Assembly: GCA_945903645.1 (NCBI GenBank)
Contig: CAMDOM010000003.1
Span: forward strand, 64,507-128,506
Length of the DNA: 64,000 bases
Source of the DNA: Chryseobacterium gleum
GTDB lineage: Bacteria > Bacteroidota > Bacteroidia > UBA10329
Reading direction: 5' to 3'
Both the position numbers and the translations under genes were made by a program. Shown one piece after another: positions 19,801 through 29,045 of the stretch (position 1 is its first letter; each line of letters begins with the position of its first letter). A model generated the notes under the pieces. The model worked only from the letters and a program-made list of their open reading frames with translations. It made no database searches and was not told the DNA's origin.

Positions 19801-21498
19801 TCACAGTTTCACAAATTTCTTTGTGGTTGTCACTTTCGTTTTTTCATCTGTGAGAAGCACATTATACACTCCTGCTGAAAGGGCACTTATATCAAGTCCA
19901 GCATTTAAAAATGGACGTGGAAGCATCAGTATTGTTCGCCCCACAGCATTGGTTATTCTTACATAATAGACCTGCATCAATGGGTCTGAGAAAGAGAATT
20001 GAAGCCGGTTAGTTGCCGGGTTTGGGTATAAGTTATAGTCAGTGGTTGTTGCCGATTGTTCTATCAATCCTGTTGGCGTTCCAGTAACAACAAATTGCCC
20101 CATCATTCCAGCGTCTTCATGATTTGCAAAATGACAGTGATACATAAAGGGATGAATCGCATCGGAGTAATCCTCAAATTTTGCTACAAATGTTGCCGAG
20201 GTATTTCTCGGTAAATACAAAACATCTTTCCACCCATTCTCATATTCTCCAACAGCACCATTACTTCGAGATACAATTTTGAACTGCACATCATGTATGT
20301 GGAAGGTATGTCCAAAAATCTGGTTGTTAGTAATGGTCCATTTTTCAATTGTATTTACATCCACTGTTTTATTAATTGTCGCCAAATTAAAAGGAGTGTT
20401 GTCAAAGGAGAACGGTGTAGGGCCTTGACCGCCAGTCACAGTAACAGTTCGGTTAACTGTGGCGTCTGTCTCTGTTAAAAATGTGCTGTTTGCTAAAGTG
20501 GATGGAACAGCAGTAACAGCATTGCTAGTACTGCCAATAACATTTATGTGCAAAACGGTAAAATCTAAGTTGTTCAGCAAGCTCCCAAAATTTCCACTTG
20601 TTCCGGGTTCTCCACCTGGGAATCCTAGAGCAAATCCTGAATTATATGCTTTTAGATCAAGCGTAGAACCTTCAGTATCACTGCCTAAGTCGACCATAAT
20701 CTCAATACGTTCTCCTACTGCGAGTATTACACGAGTTGCTTCAACAGGTGCATTTAAAAGCCCACCATCGTTACCAATGATGTGAAATGTTCGGTTATCG
20801 CTGAAACCAAGATTGTAAGCCCGTTCCATTTCCGCATTCAGTATGCGAAGTCGAACAAATTGACGGGGTAAATCAACCTCAGCATTTGGGGTTCCATTGG
20901 TTAACATGTAATCCCCATATGCCGTATTAGTGTAAACAAATGCATTATCAGAATCATATCTTCTACTGGTCAATGCCAAAGGAATATCATCTACTCCATA
21001 GGTGCGTGGGAGTACTAACGCTGCTTCTTCTTCATCGCGAACAATAATGAAACCACCTAGTCCTTTTGTCATTTGTTCTTGACTCATTTCGTGCAAATGG
21101 GGATGATACCAAAAAGTGGCGGCTTTATTCTTTACTACCCAATGTGGTTGCCACAATGCTCCCGGAGGTATAACTTGATGAGGTCCACCATCCATAACAG
21201 CAGGCAAATGGAATCCATGCCAATGCAAAGTAGTTTCGTCATTTAAAGAGTTTTGTACATTCATAAAAACCTCATCGTTTTTATTGAAGAAAAGAGTTGG
21301 ACCCCAAAAAGAGTTGTTTACACCCGAAGTTATGGTCACATTACCAGGTATCAGCTGTAAATTAGACTCCATAAGAGTTAAGTTGAAAGTGGTACCCGAT
21401 AACGTATCTGGTATCCATAATTCGTTATACGTTTGAGCATATAGTGCGCTATTAAGGAGGCTAATAGAGAGCGATAGACTTAGAAACAATTTGTTCAT
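19801..21498 (-). CDS. Multicopper oxidase (laccase/CueO-like) with a T9SS C-terminal sorting domain
   Basis: Copper ligands HWHGFHLP, HPH and HCHFANHEDAGMMGQF (type 1/3 Cu sites), plus a signal peptide. The T9SS CTD is YNLYPNPATNRLQF...KFVKL. Confidence 0.85.
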   Translation of the reverse strand: MNKLFLSLSLSISLLNSALYAQTYNELWIPDTLSGTTFNLTLMESNLQLIPGNVTITSGVNNSFWGPTLFFNKNDEVFMNVQNSLNDETTLHWHGFHLPAVMDGGPHQVIPPGALWQPHWVVKNKAATFWYHPHLHEMSQEQMTKGLGGFIIVRDEEEAALVLPRTYGVDDIPLALTSRRYDSDNAFVYTNTAYGDYMLTNGTPNAEVDLPRQFVRLRILNAEMERAYNLGFSDNRTFHIIGNDGGLLNAPVEATRVILAVGERIEIMVDLGSDTEGSTLDLKAYNSGFALGFPGGEPGTSGNFGSLLNNLDFTVLHINVIGSTSNAVTAVPSTLANSTFLTETDATVNRTVTVTGGQGPTPFSFDNTPFNLATINKTVDVNTIEKWTITNNQIFGHTFHIHDVQFKIVSRSNGAVGEYENGWKDVLYLPRNTSATFVAKFEDYSDAIHPFMYHCHFANHEDAGMMGQFVVTGTPTGLIEQSATTTDYNLYPNPATNRLQFSFSDPLMQVYYVRITNAVGRTILMLPRPFLNAGLDISALSAGVYNVLLTDEKTKVTTTKKFVKL

Positions 21499-21804
21499 TT
21501 AATGGAATTGTTAGGATTTTCTTTTTTACTTAGACGACTTATATTTAGATTTCCTTTGCTTGCTATTTAGTTTTTACCTCTAAATGTTGCAATACAGATG
21601 ATGCCGAGTAAAGTCAAATTATTGAACAGCAAAGCGAGTGCAAAAGTGCATTAGACGGATACAAACTGATGTTATGAAATTTCGGGATTCATGTTTAAAA
21701 TTTTCTAAACCTAGTCGATACAAAATGTTTCTATATCTCGCTTCCTTATGATTCTATTTACCTTTCCACTCTCAAAGCTGTGACTGTAAAACAGAGAAGT
21801 CAAT

Positions 21805-22755
21805 TTGACCAAACTCTGCAATGGCAAGAGTTTATTTAAGCTTAAAACCGATAACTTGTATATCAATTCCTCTGTCTGCATTTCCTACCAACCTAGTTTT
21901 CTCAACGAGAATCTAATCGAGCAACTTCACCATGTGGGCGATGATGCTGAGTTGCAGCATCCCGACTACAAGCAATATGTGTCGCCAGTGCAATTGCGCA
22001 GAATGAGTGCTGTGCTCAAAATGGGCGTAGCAGCTGGTGCAGAAGCATTGAAACAAGCGGACAATGCAGAAGCAGATGCCATAATTGTAGGCACAGGTTT
22101 GGGTTGCATTCACGACACACTAAAGTTTGTGGAAGCCATGTACGAGAGCGAGGAAGGTACCCTTTCGCCTACTGCATTTATTCAAAGCACGCACAATAGC
22201 ATTGCTGGACAGTTGGCTTTGCTGCTGGGCAATCGCAACTACAATATGACCCATACGCAAGGCAATCTCTCGTTGGGGTACGCACTTTTGGACGCGCAAT
22301 TGCTGCTTGCCGAAGGCGATGCTGCCCAAGTGTTAGTAGGCGCTGTGGACGAAATGACCGAAGACGAGCACGCTATGATTGCTGCCTTGGCCGAGAAAAT
22401 GCAAGTGTCCATGCCCGTTTTGGGAGCAGGTAGCGTATTCTTTCATCTTTCATCAGAGAAAACGTCAACTACGTTTGCGCGAATTGTCAGTATCAAAATG
22501 GGCCACAACGGAAAGGCCGATGGCTTGCTGTCTATTCTTGCCGAGGCTGAACTTATCCTAACCAATACCGATTCCTTTTTTAATGAAGCCGAAAATGTGC
22601 GCTACACCGATTTCTGTGGCGAATTTTTTACGGCCTCGGGCTTTGGGTTGCACCTTGCGGTTCAGTATCTAAAAGCTCGTAGAGAATTAACGCGGGTATT
22701 GGTGCATCATCGCTTTGTCGCGCAAGAAATTGGAATTCTCGTAGCGCGAGCGTGA
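21805..22755 (+). CDS. Beta-ketoacyl-synthase-like protein (KS N-terminal / chain-length-factor-like), non-ATG start
   Basis: LYINSSVCISYQPSF resembles the MxYIxGxGxISPQ N-termini of the KS-like proteins found in aryl-polyene/flexirubin-type lipid clusters. The thiolase fold is followed by AIIVGTGLGCIHDT. There is no in-frame ATG upstream of the conserved block; candidate starts are TTG 21805 or TTG 21856. Confidence 0.55.
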   Translation: MTKLCNGKSLFKLKTDNLYINSSVCISYQPSFLNENLIEQLHHVGDDAELQHPDYKQYVSPVQLRRMSAVLKMGVAAGAEALKQADNAEADAIIVGTGLGCIHDTLKFVEAMYESEEGTLSPTAFIQSTHNSIAGQLALLLGNRNYNMTHTQGNLSLGYALLDAQLLLAEGDAAQVLVGAVDEMTEDEHAMIAALAEKMQVSMPVLGAGSVFFHLSSEKTSTTFARIVSIKMGHNGKADGLLSILAEAELILTNTDSFFNEAENVRYTDFCGEFFTASGFGLHLAVQYLKARRELTRVLVHHRFVAQEIGILVARA

Positions 22756-23525
22756 ACATTCACCGCCTTAATATCATAGCGTTTGGAGCCTTGCTCATCC
22801 TAGCGTCTGCCGTGGCGTTTGGCTACGTAGGGGCTTGGGCATTTGTGCCGTTGGCGCTAGTGTATGTAATCACCGTAGGCTGGGGCGTATTCGACATTGG
22901 TTCGCAGTTCTTTATCCGAACCGTTTGGAAAGGACCAAAAGGCCAAGTCACATTTACGTTTGATGATGGCCCACATCCCATCTATACTGCTCAAATTTTG
23001 AACGTTTTGGAAGAAGAAGGTGTGCAAGCATCCTTCTTTTGCATTGGCAAACATGCCGAGCAATATCCCGAATTGCTGCGCCAAATAGATGCGCAAGGCC
23101 ACGCCATTGGCAATCATACATATTTGCACACGCATCGATTGGGTATAATGTCTTTAGCTGGGGTTCGCGAAGAAATTAGTCATGGAAAGCGTGTGATTAG
23201 CCAAATTATTGGCAAGACACCTCGTATGTTTCGACCTCCATTTGGAGTTGTGAATCCTAAAATTGCCAAAGCTGTCGCGGTCGAGTGCGATGTGATTATC
23301 GGTTGGGATCTTCGCTCGCGTGATGGCGTGGCATGCTCCGAAAAGCAGATTCTAAACCGTGTGATTCCTAACCTTCATCGTTCTAGTTTGCTGCTATTTC
23401 ACGATACAAATGCGCATACCGCTGGTGCATTGCGAAAGGTTATTCACCTTTGCCGCAAGAATGGCACGGAAATCGTGTCGTTGCAGCAACTCACAGGTGT
23501 AGCACCGTATGCGGAACATGAATAG
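22752..23525 (+). CDS. Membrane-anchored polysaccharide deacetylase (NodB-homology domain)
   Basis: Two N-terminal TM helices, then TFDDGPHPIYTAQILNVLEEEGVQASFF with conserved His residues (HTYLH). A GTG start overlaps the KS-like stop (GTGA). Confidence 0.75.
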   Translation: MNIHRLNIIAFGALLILASAVAFGYVGAWAFVPLALVYVITVGWGVFDIGSQFFIRTVWKGPKGQVTFTFDDGPHPIYTAQILNVLEEEGVQASFFCIGKHAEQYPELLRQIDAQGHAIGNHTYLHTHRLGIMSLAGVREEISHGKRVISQIIGKTPRMFRPPFGVVNPKIAKAVAVECDVIIGWDLRSRDGVACSEKQILNRVIPNLHRSSLLLFHDTNAHTAGALRKVIHLCRKNGTEIVSLQQLTGVAPYAEHE

Positions 23526-24222
23526 GTCTAGTATGCTAGGATTTCAGATTTCAGATTTGAGACTTCAGAGGTTTAAGGGAGTTTTTCTTCAATCTGCATC
23601 CTCGCTAGGTTTCGGGATTCTACTTTCAGTTTTAACCTTTACGGCCACAGCACAAGATTTAAAACCACTTGCCGCTACCAATCCTGCCTTAGCTTCCTTG
23701 AAAAAAACGCTGGCTGCTATGCAAAGCATCCAAGGCAAGATTCGGCAAGAGAAATCGTTTGCTTTTTTAGAGGACAAGTTGGTTTCCACGGGCAGTTTTA
23801 GCTACAAGAAAGAGAACAAACTGCGTTGGCAGTTCAACGAACCCATCGAATACATTATCCTGATAAAGGAAAACAGTATGCGCTTGCGCGAGGATGGCAA
23901 AGAGAAACAATACAAAGGCGTTGACAAGATTTTGCGTCAGGTGAAGGAAATTATTCTTGGATGCATTGATGGTTCCATCATCACCAATACCAATTATAAA
24001 ACGGTATTTTTCGCCAATGCCACCACCCTCAAAATAGACTTGCAGCCTAAGGATAAGCAGTTGCGCGAGTTCATTCAGCGCATTGAGGTAGATTTTGAGA
24101 AGAAGGACACGCGTCTAAAATCTGTGCTGCTCACCGACCCATCTGGTGATGTTACGCGCATTCTGTTTTCTGATATTCGCATTGGTCAACCCATCAATGA
24201 GGGCACTTTTACTGATTTTTAG
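23509..24222 (+). CDS. LolA-like outer-membrane lipoprotein carrier family protein
   Basis: A signal peptide and an unclosed beta-barrel family signature, GKIRQEKSFAFLEDKLVSTGSFSYKKENKLRWQFNEP. It overlaps the upstream stop by 17 nt. Confidence 0.6.
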   Translation: MRNMNRSSMLGFQISDLRLQRFKGVFLQSASSLGFGILLSVLTFTATAQDLKPLAATNPALASLKKTLAAMQSIQGKIRQEKSFAFLEDKLVSTGSFSYKKENKLRWQFNEPIEYIILIKENSMRLREDGKEKQYKGVDKILRQVKEIILGCIDGSIITNTNYKTVFFANATTLKIDLQPKDKQLREFIQRIEVDFEKKDTRLKSVLLTDPSGDVTRILFSDIRIGQPINEGTFTDF

Positions 24223-24760
24223 TCTGTTGCTTTCTGCGCCTGTTTGGGCGCAACAATTGCCCGTACCCGAGGTGTTGGCTGCTGGTAGTGATGCTATTTA
24301 CAAAGCAGATTTTCGGGTAACGGGCACAAGCATGAATGGGTATTTGGCCGTTAGTCACAAGGGCAATCATTTGCTGCAAGTGTCGTTCAACTCGGTAATG
24401 GGAACCAACTTGCTCGAAATGCAATGGAAAAATGGACGCTGGAAAACCATGTACGTCAACAAAAGCATGAATAGACGTGGCCTTATCGAAATGCTGCAAG
24501 AAGATATCATGCTGCTGTTTCTACATTTCCGCCACGATTCAAAAGCAGAAGACCGAGGTAATTTGTGGCTTTGGCAGAAGCTCGATATTCATTTGGATAT
24601 GAAAGACGGGCAGTTGGTTGGTCTGCGCGTAAAAACCAAGAAGAACCTTCCAAGTCTTGAGGTGAATTACATCCTAGACAATGCTGGTGCTATGGAAGAA
24701 ATGAGCGTAGCCCATGCCGGCTATCCTTTCTCGTTGGGATTGAAACCACTCAAAAAGTAG
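24197..24760 (+). CDS. Secreted hypothetical protein, possibly a second LolA/LolB-like carrier
   Basis: The signal peptide MRALLLIFSLLLSAPVWAQQ begins at ATG 24197, so the track start GTG 24146 was not used. It overlaps the previous gene by 26 nt. Confidence 0.4.
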   Translation: MRALLLIFSLLLSAPVWAQQLPVPEVLAAGSDAIYKADFRVTGTSMNGYLAVSHKGNHLLQVSFNSVMGTNLLEMQWKNGRWKTMYVNKSMNRRGLIEMLQEDIMLLFLHFRHDSKAEDRGNLWLWQKLDIHLDMKDGQLVGLRVKTKKNLPSLEVNYILDNAGAMEEMSVAHAGYPFSLGLKPLKK

Positions 24761-24769
24761 CAGGTCGAG

Positions 24770-26008
24770 TTAGCTAACGGTGGCGGTTCCACGCTTCAAT
24801 TCCAATACGGTAATTTCTGGAGGAATTCCAACGCGGCCCATAAAGCCCAAAAAGCCTAACCCACGGTTTACGTACAGATATTGCGCTCCTTCTTGATACA
24901 ATCCCGCCCATTGCTTGTACACGTATTGCACAGGGCTCCACTTAAATCCTGGAATTTCTATGCCAAACTGAAAGCCATGTGTGTGGCCGCTTAGGGTAAG
25001 GTCGATGCTTTTGTGCTCGGTTCGCACTTGTGCATCCCAATGGCTTGGGTCGTGCGAAAGGAGGATTTTGAAAGGAACGTTTTCAGTTCCTCGTGTCGCT
25101 TTGTTCATATCGCCATATTTTGGGAATCGCAACGAAGCTCCCCAGTTTTGGATTCCCACCACCGCCATTTGCTGCCCATCGCGTTCCAATATGCGATACT
25201 CGTCCATCAATAAATTCCAGCCTGCATCTCGTTGTATCGCCATCAAGCGTTGCAAATTGGCGCGCTTGTCTGCTTCGTTCGACCACTGCGCATAGTCTCC
25301 ATAATCGTGGTTTCCAAGGATGGAATACACGCCAAGTGGTGCCTTCAATCGGGCCAATTCGTCTTTAAATGGCTCCACTTCCGAAGCCAAATTATTCACC
25401 ATATCGCCCGTAAAAAAAATCATGTCGGGATTTTGATTCAATATTAAGTCGAATGCCTTACGGATGTGTTCCACCGATGCAAAGCTCCCCAAATGCATAT
25501 CCGAAATCTGCACTACTTTCAGTCCGTTAAACGCTTCAGGCAGATTTGAGAGCACGAGCTTTTTTCGCTTAATCGTATAGTCGAATGCCGTTCGGGCCAT
25601 ACCATAGAGCATGGCACTAAAAGGAATTGCCGCTGTGATGATGCTTGCTCTGGCAACAAAACTTCTTCGGTCGGCCAAAAAAGGAGTGTCAGACCCTTGC
25701 ACCGCTCTCCATAGTCCACTAACTAAGCGGGTAATATCCTCTCCAAGCAGAAACAAAATCCCCAATACTTTGGGTAGGGTGAGCACCATTATGGCGCTGA
25801 GCAAGTAGTAGCGCACGTACGGCTGCACGTTTTGCAGCTGCATGGCGGTTACCATTAGGACCAACGCCCCAATGCTGGTGGCCCAATAGGTGCTGTAGGC
25901 CACGGTTTTCCAGCGGGGTTCAAGGTGCAGGGAAAGTTGTTTTATGGCTTGAAAAAAATAGACATCAATTGCTAAGAGCAGCAGGGCAGGAATAAGAAAA
26001 CGGAGCAT
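24770..26008 (-). CDS. Membrane-anchored calcineurin-like metallophosphoesterase
   Basis: N-terminal TM helices, then the phosphoesterase motifs DMHLG, GDMVNN, GNHDY and GHTHG. The track start TTG 26032 was moved to ATG 26008. Confidence 0.8.
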   Translation of the reverse strand: MLRFLIPALLLLAIDVYFFQAIKQLSLHLEPRWKTVAYSTYWATSIGALVLMVTAMQLQNVQPYVRYYLLSAIMVLTLPKVLGILFLLGEDITRLVSGLWRAVQGSDTPFLADRRSFVARASIITAAIPFSAMLYGMARTAFDYTIKRKKLVLSNLPEAFNGLKVVQISDMHLGSFASVEHIRKAFDLILNQNPDMIFFTGDMVNNLASEVEPFKDELARLKAPLGVYSILGNHDYGDYAQWSNEADKRANLQRLMAIQRDAGWNLLMDEYRILERDGQQMAVVGIQNWGASLRFPKYGDMNKATRGTENVPFKILLSHDPSHWDAQVRTEHKSIDLTLSGHTHGFQFGIEIPGFKWSPVQYVYKQWAGLYQEGAQYLYVNRGLGFLGFMGRVGIPPEITVLELKRGTATVS

Positions 26009-26476
26009 TGGGATAGGATTAGTACCATGCAAACCCGCTTGGGGCGAAATGGTTCGTAAAGGTATCTATCCAAAAAACGGTGCAACATTGGTATGCGATG
26101 AATTAACATCCTTTCGCAATTGAGTTGGCCAATAAGGGTTAAATGAGAGCCTTAAATGAGCCGGGCAATGATTTTAGGTAGGGGCGGAGTGATTCTTGGT
26201 AAATACGAAATGAAATAATTTGTGTACAACGAAACTTTTACTTTCAGTGTAAGTGGGGGGCAGAGTTTGAGTCTTGTTTACAAACTATGAAATTTTGGGT
26301 ATCTTGTATCAAGCCCAGAACCAAATCCTAATCATATTATTTAAAATCAAGCAGTTAAATAAATGAGGAAGTTTTGAATAAGTTGTTCCCACACCCCAGA
26401 TACCAAAGCTATAAAGTAGTAAATATCTGAATTAGGGATGCCTTGATTATTAACCAAATCAGCTTCTTCTCGCTCC

Positions 26477-27421
26477 CTATCCGTCCGGAAACAATACTTG
26501 AATTTTCTCTGCTAAGACCTGCGAAAGCTTCATGTAGCTTTCTTGGGTCCAACCCGCAATATGGGGCGTAAGTATCACCTTTGGGCTATCTAAAAGATAT
26601 TGCAGCGCTTCGGGAGTTTCGCCATCCAGCAAGTGTTCGAACGATGAACCTTCATATTCCAGTACATCCAAACATGCACCCAGCACTTTACCTCTCTCTA
26701 TGGCGCGCATCAAAGCCTCAGTGTTCACCACCTGCCCGCGCGAGGTATTGATGAGATAGATGGGATTGTGCAAACGCTGGAAGAATTCGTCATTCACCAC
26801 ATGTTGCGTGGCCTCGGTTAGCGGAACGTGAAGCGAAACAATTTCTGCTTCTTCGAAAATGCTGCCCATGCCTGTTTCAATTACATATTCGTCTGAATAG
26901 TTTTTCTTCAACGCATCGAAGGCATAGGTGAGCACTCCAAAATTTGCAAGTCGCTTGGCAAAAGCTCTTCCAGTATTGCCATAGCCAATAATGCCCACGG
27001 TGCGGCCTAGCAATTCAACCCCACGATTTTCTTCGCGCAGCCAAAGGCCACTGCGCACTTCTCTGTCTGCATGGTTTATTCGGTTAAAGAGAGTGAGCAA
27101 CATCCCAATGGCATGTTCGCCCACCGCATCGCGGTTGCCTTCGGGCGCATTTATGCAGCTAATGCCCAATTGTTTGGCGTAGGCTTCGTCTATATTTTCC
27201 ATGCCTGCTCCAGACCGCGCCACGAACCGAAGCTTTGTGGCAGCATCTAAAATTTCCCGATTTATGGTGATGCGACTGCGAATAACCACCCCATCAAAAG
27301 CATTAATGCGCGAGAGTATTTCGGCCTTAGTCCATAAGGTGCCATCTTCGCATTGATGCCCCATTCGAACCAAGTATGATTCTAAATAAGGGTGAACTGT
27401 ATCGAGAAAAAGGACGCGCAT
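26477..27421 (-). CDS. D-isomer-specific 2-hydroxyacid dehydrogenase (NAD-binding)
   Basis: The NAD fold GIIGYGNTGRAFAKRL, and the catalytic Arg/Glu/His region ...SRGQVV...TPHIAGWT. Confidence 0.8.
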   Translation of the reverse strand: MRVLFLDTVHPYLESYLVRMGHQCEDGTLWTKAEILSRINAFDGVVIRSRITINREILDAATKLRFVARSGAGMENIDEAYAKQLGISCINAPEGNRDAVGEHAIGMLLTLFNRINHADREVRSGLWLREENRGVELLGRTVGIIGYGNTGRAFAKRLANFGVLTYAFDALKKNYSDEYVIETGMGSIFEEAEIVSLHVPLTEATQHVVNDEFFQRLHNPIYLINTSRGQVVNTEALMRAIERGKVLGACLDVLEYEGSSFEHLLDGETPEALQYLLDSPKVILTPHIAGWTQESYMKLSQVLAEKIQVLFPDG

Positions 27422-27519
27422 CTGGGCGGCAAAGTAAAGAATTCAGGGTGAAGGACTGGAAGTGGAAATGGAGCCCTATGGAAATGATTTCCAAGGAATA
27501 ACAACAGTGCAGTGATGCG

Positions 27520-28878
27520 CTACATCAAAGCGGAATACATCATTCTTCCAATAATGAAATAGAAAAATAGGCCAATAATATCGTTGCTGGTGGTGATGAA
27601 TGGGCCAGTGGCTAAGGCGGGGTCAAAGCCATAGCGCTTTAGTGCTAAGGGAATGAGGGTTCCAAAAATGCCCGCCACCAAAATCACAATCATAAGTGAT
27701 AGCCCAATGGTAAGACTAAGTGCTATAGCATGCCCAAAGAAATAGGCGTAGGCCAAAATGGCTACAGAACATGCCAAGCCATTCAATAATCCTACGGTCA
27801 GTTCTTTTATAATTTTAGGCAATACCCCATCTTTACTTAATGTGTTGTTTGCCAAACCCTGCACAATAAGAGCCGAAGATTGTATACCTACATTGCCCCC
27901 CATGGATGCCACAAGCGGCATAAAAATAGCCATTTCGGGAAACACACGAAGCTGTTCTTCATGTTGGCCTATCACCTGCGAGCCCACAATACCGCCTGCC
28001 ATAGCAATAAGCAGCCAAGGCAATCGCGCCCGCGACATGATGAGTGCGGTATCAGTAGTCTCAATATTCTGAGATATACCGCTCATCATCTGGTAATCTT
28101 TGGAGGTCTCTTCGCGCACCACGTCCATCACGTCATCCACTGTAATTCGCCCTAATAGACGATTTTGACTATCCACCACAGGAATAACCACCAAGTCATA
28201 TTTCTCCGCAATCTGCGCCACTTCTTCGGCAGGGGTGTGCGCCTCTATGGCATGCACATCTTCATCATAAATATCTTTAATAAGCGAGCGCTCGGGAGAA
28301 ATAAGCATCTTTTTTAGGGAAACTATTCCCAGCAAATGGTCTTCATCGTCCACTACGTAAACGGTATAAACGGCATCTACATCCTCGGCTTGCTTTCGCA
28401 TTTCGCGCACGCAACGCGGCAACGACCAATTTACGTTTACCCGAATGAGCTCTTTGGCCATAAGGCCGCCAGCGGTGTTTTCGTCATAAAGAAGAAGGTC
28501 GGCAATGTCACTGGCTTGCTCCTCATCTTCCACCTGCTCCAAAACTTCAGTTTGGCGATTTTCTGGAAGTTCGGAGATAAGGTCAGCCGCATCGTCAGAG
28601 TCCAAGAGGTCGACATACAATGCAATTTCTTCAGAAGAAAGCGAGCGCAGAAAACGCTTGCGCACATCTTCGTCAAGCTCCATAAGCACTTCAGAGCGTT
28701 CTTCATCATTCAATAACCGGAAAATGAACTGCGCCTCTTCGAGGTTCACTTCATCCAGTATTTCCGCTATGTCTTGAGGATATAAGTCTTCAATCTTGGC
28801 AGCAACCACCGTGCTGTCGCGCCTTTCTATATCCTCCCGCAGTGCGGAAAGATATTCGCTTGTGAGTTCGAACTGCAT
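27520..28878 (-). CDS. mgtE: Magnesium transporter MgtE
   Basis: MgtE N-domain DIAEILDEVNLEEAQFIF, tandem CBS domains, and a five-helix TM domain. The track start TTG 28890 was moved to ATG 28878. Confidence 0.85.
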   Translation of the reverse strand: MQFELTSEYLSALREDIERRDSTVVAAKIEDLYPQDIAEILDEVNLEEAQFIFRLLNDEERSEVLMELDEDVRKRFLRSLSSEEIALYVDLLDSDDAADLISELPENRQTEVLEQVEDEEQASDIADLLLYDENTAGGLMAKELIRVNVNWSLPRCVREMRKQAEDVDAVYTVYVVDDEDHLLGIVSLKKMLISPERSLIKDIYDEDVHAIEAHTPAEEVAQIAEKYDLVVIPVVDSQNRLLGRITVDDVMDVVREETSKDYQMMSGISQNIETTDTALIMSRARLPWLLIAMAGGIVGSQVIGQHEEQLRVFPEMAIFMPLVASMGGNVGIQSSALIVQGLANNTLSKDGVLPKIIKELTVGLLNGLACSVAILAYAYFFGHAIALSLTIGLSLMIVILVAGIFGTLIPLALKRYGFDPALATGPFITTSNDIIGLFFYFIIGRMMYSALM

Positions 28879-29045
28879 CGTCCAAGGCAAGAGGCGTAGG
28901 TGAAACTTCTTTTTTGGTTAAAATGTCTGTAAATCCAAGGGTCAAATTAACTGGTACAAAAGTACATGATTCAAATTGGAAGAAGAACGAAATATGCGTT
29001 CTAATAAGATTAGCTTCACGTTTCTTTGCGATTAAATAACTCACC

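Noticed and set aside
24146-24196. GTG start at 24146 for the second carrier-like gene, giving a 77-nt overlap with the LolA-like gene
   Set aside because: The internal ATG at 24197 begins a textbook signal peptide (MRALLLIFSLLLSAPVWAQQ), so the shorter form is preferred.
24981-25447. A cluster of short ORFs on both strands
   Set aside because: They are embedded in or antisense to the metallophosphoesterase gene.
27758-28777. Plus- and minus-strand ORFs of 90-126 aa
   Set aside because: They are embedded in or antisense to mgtE.
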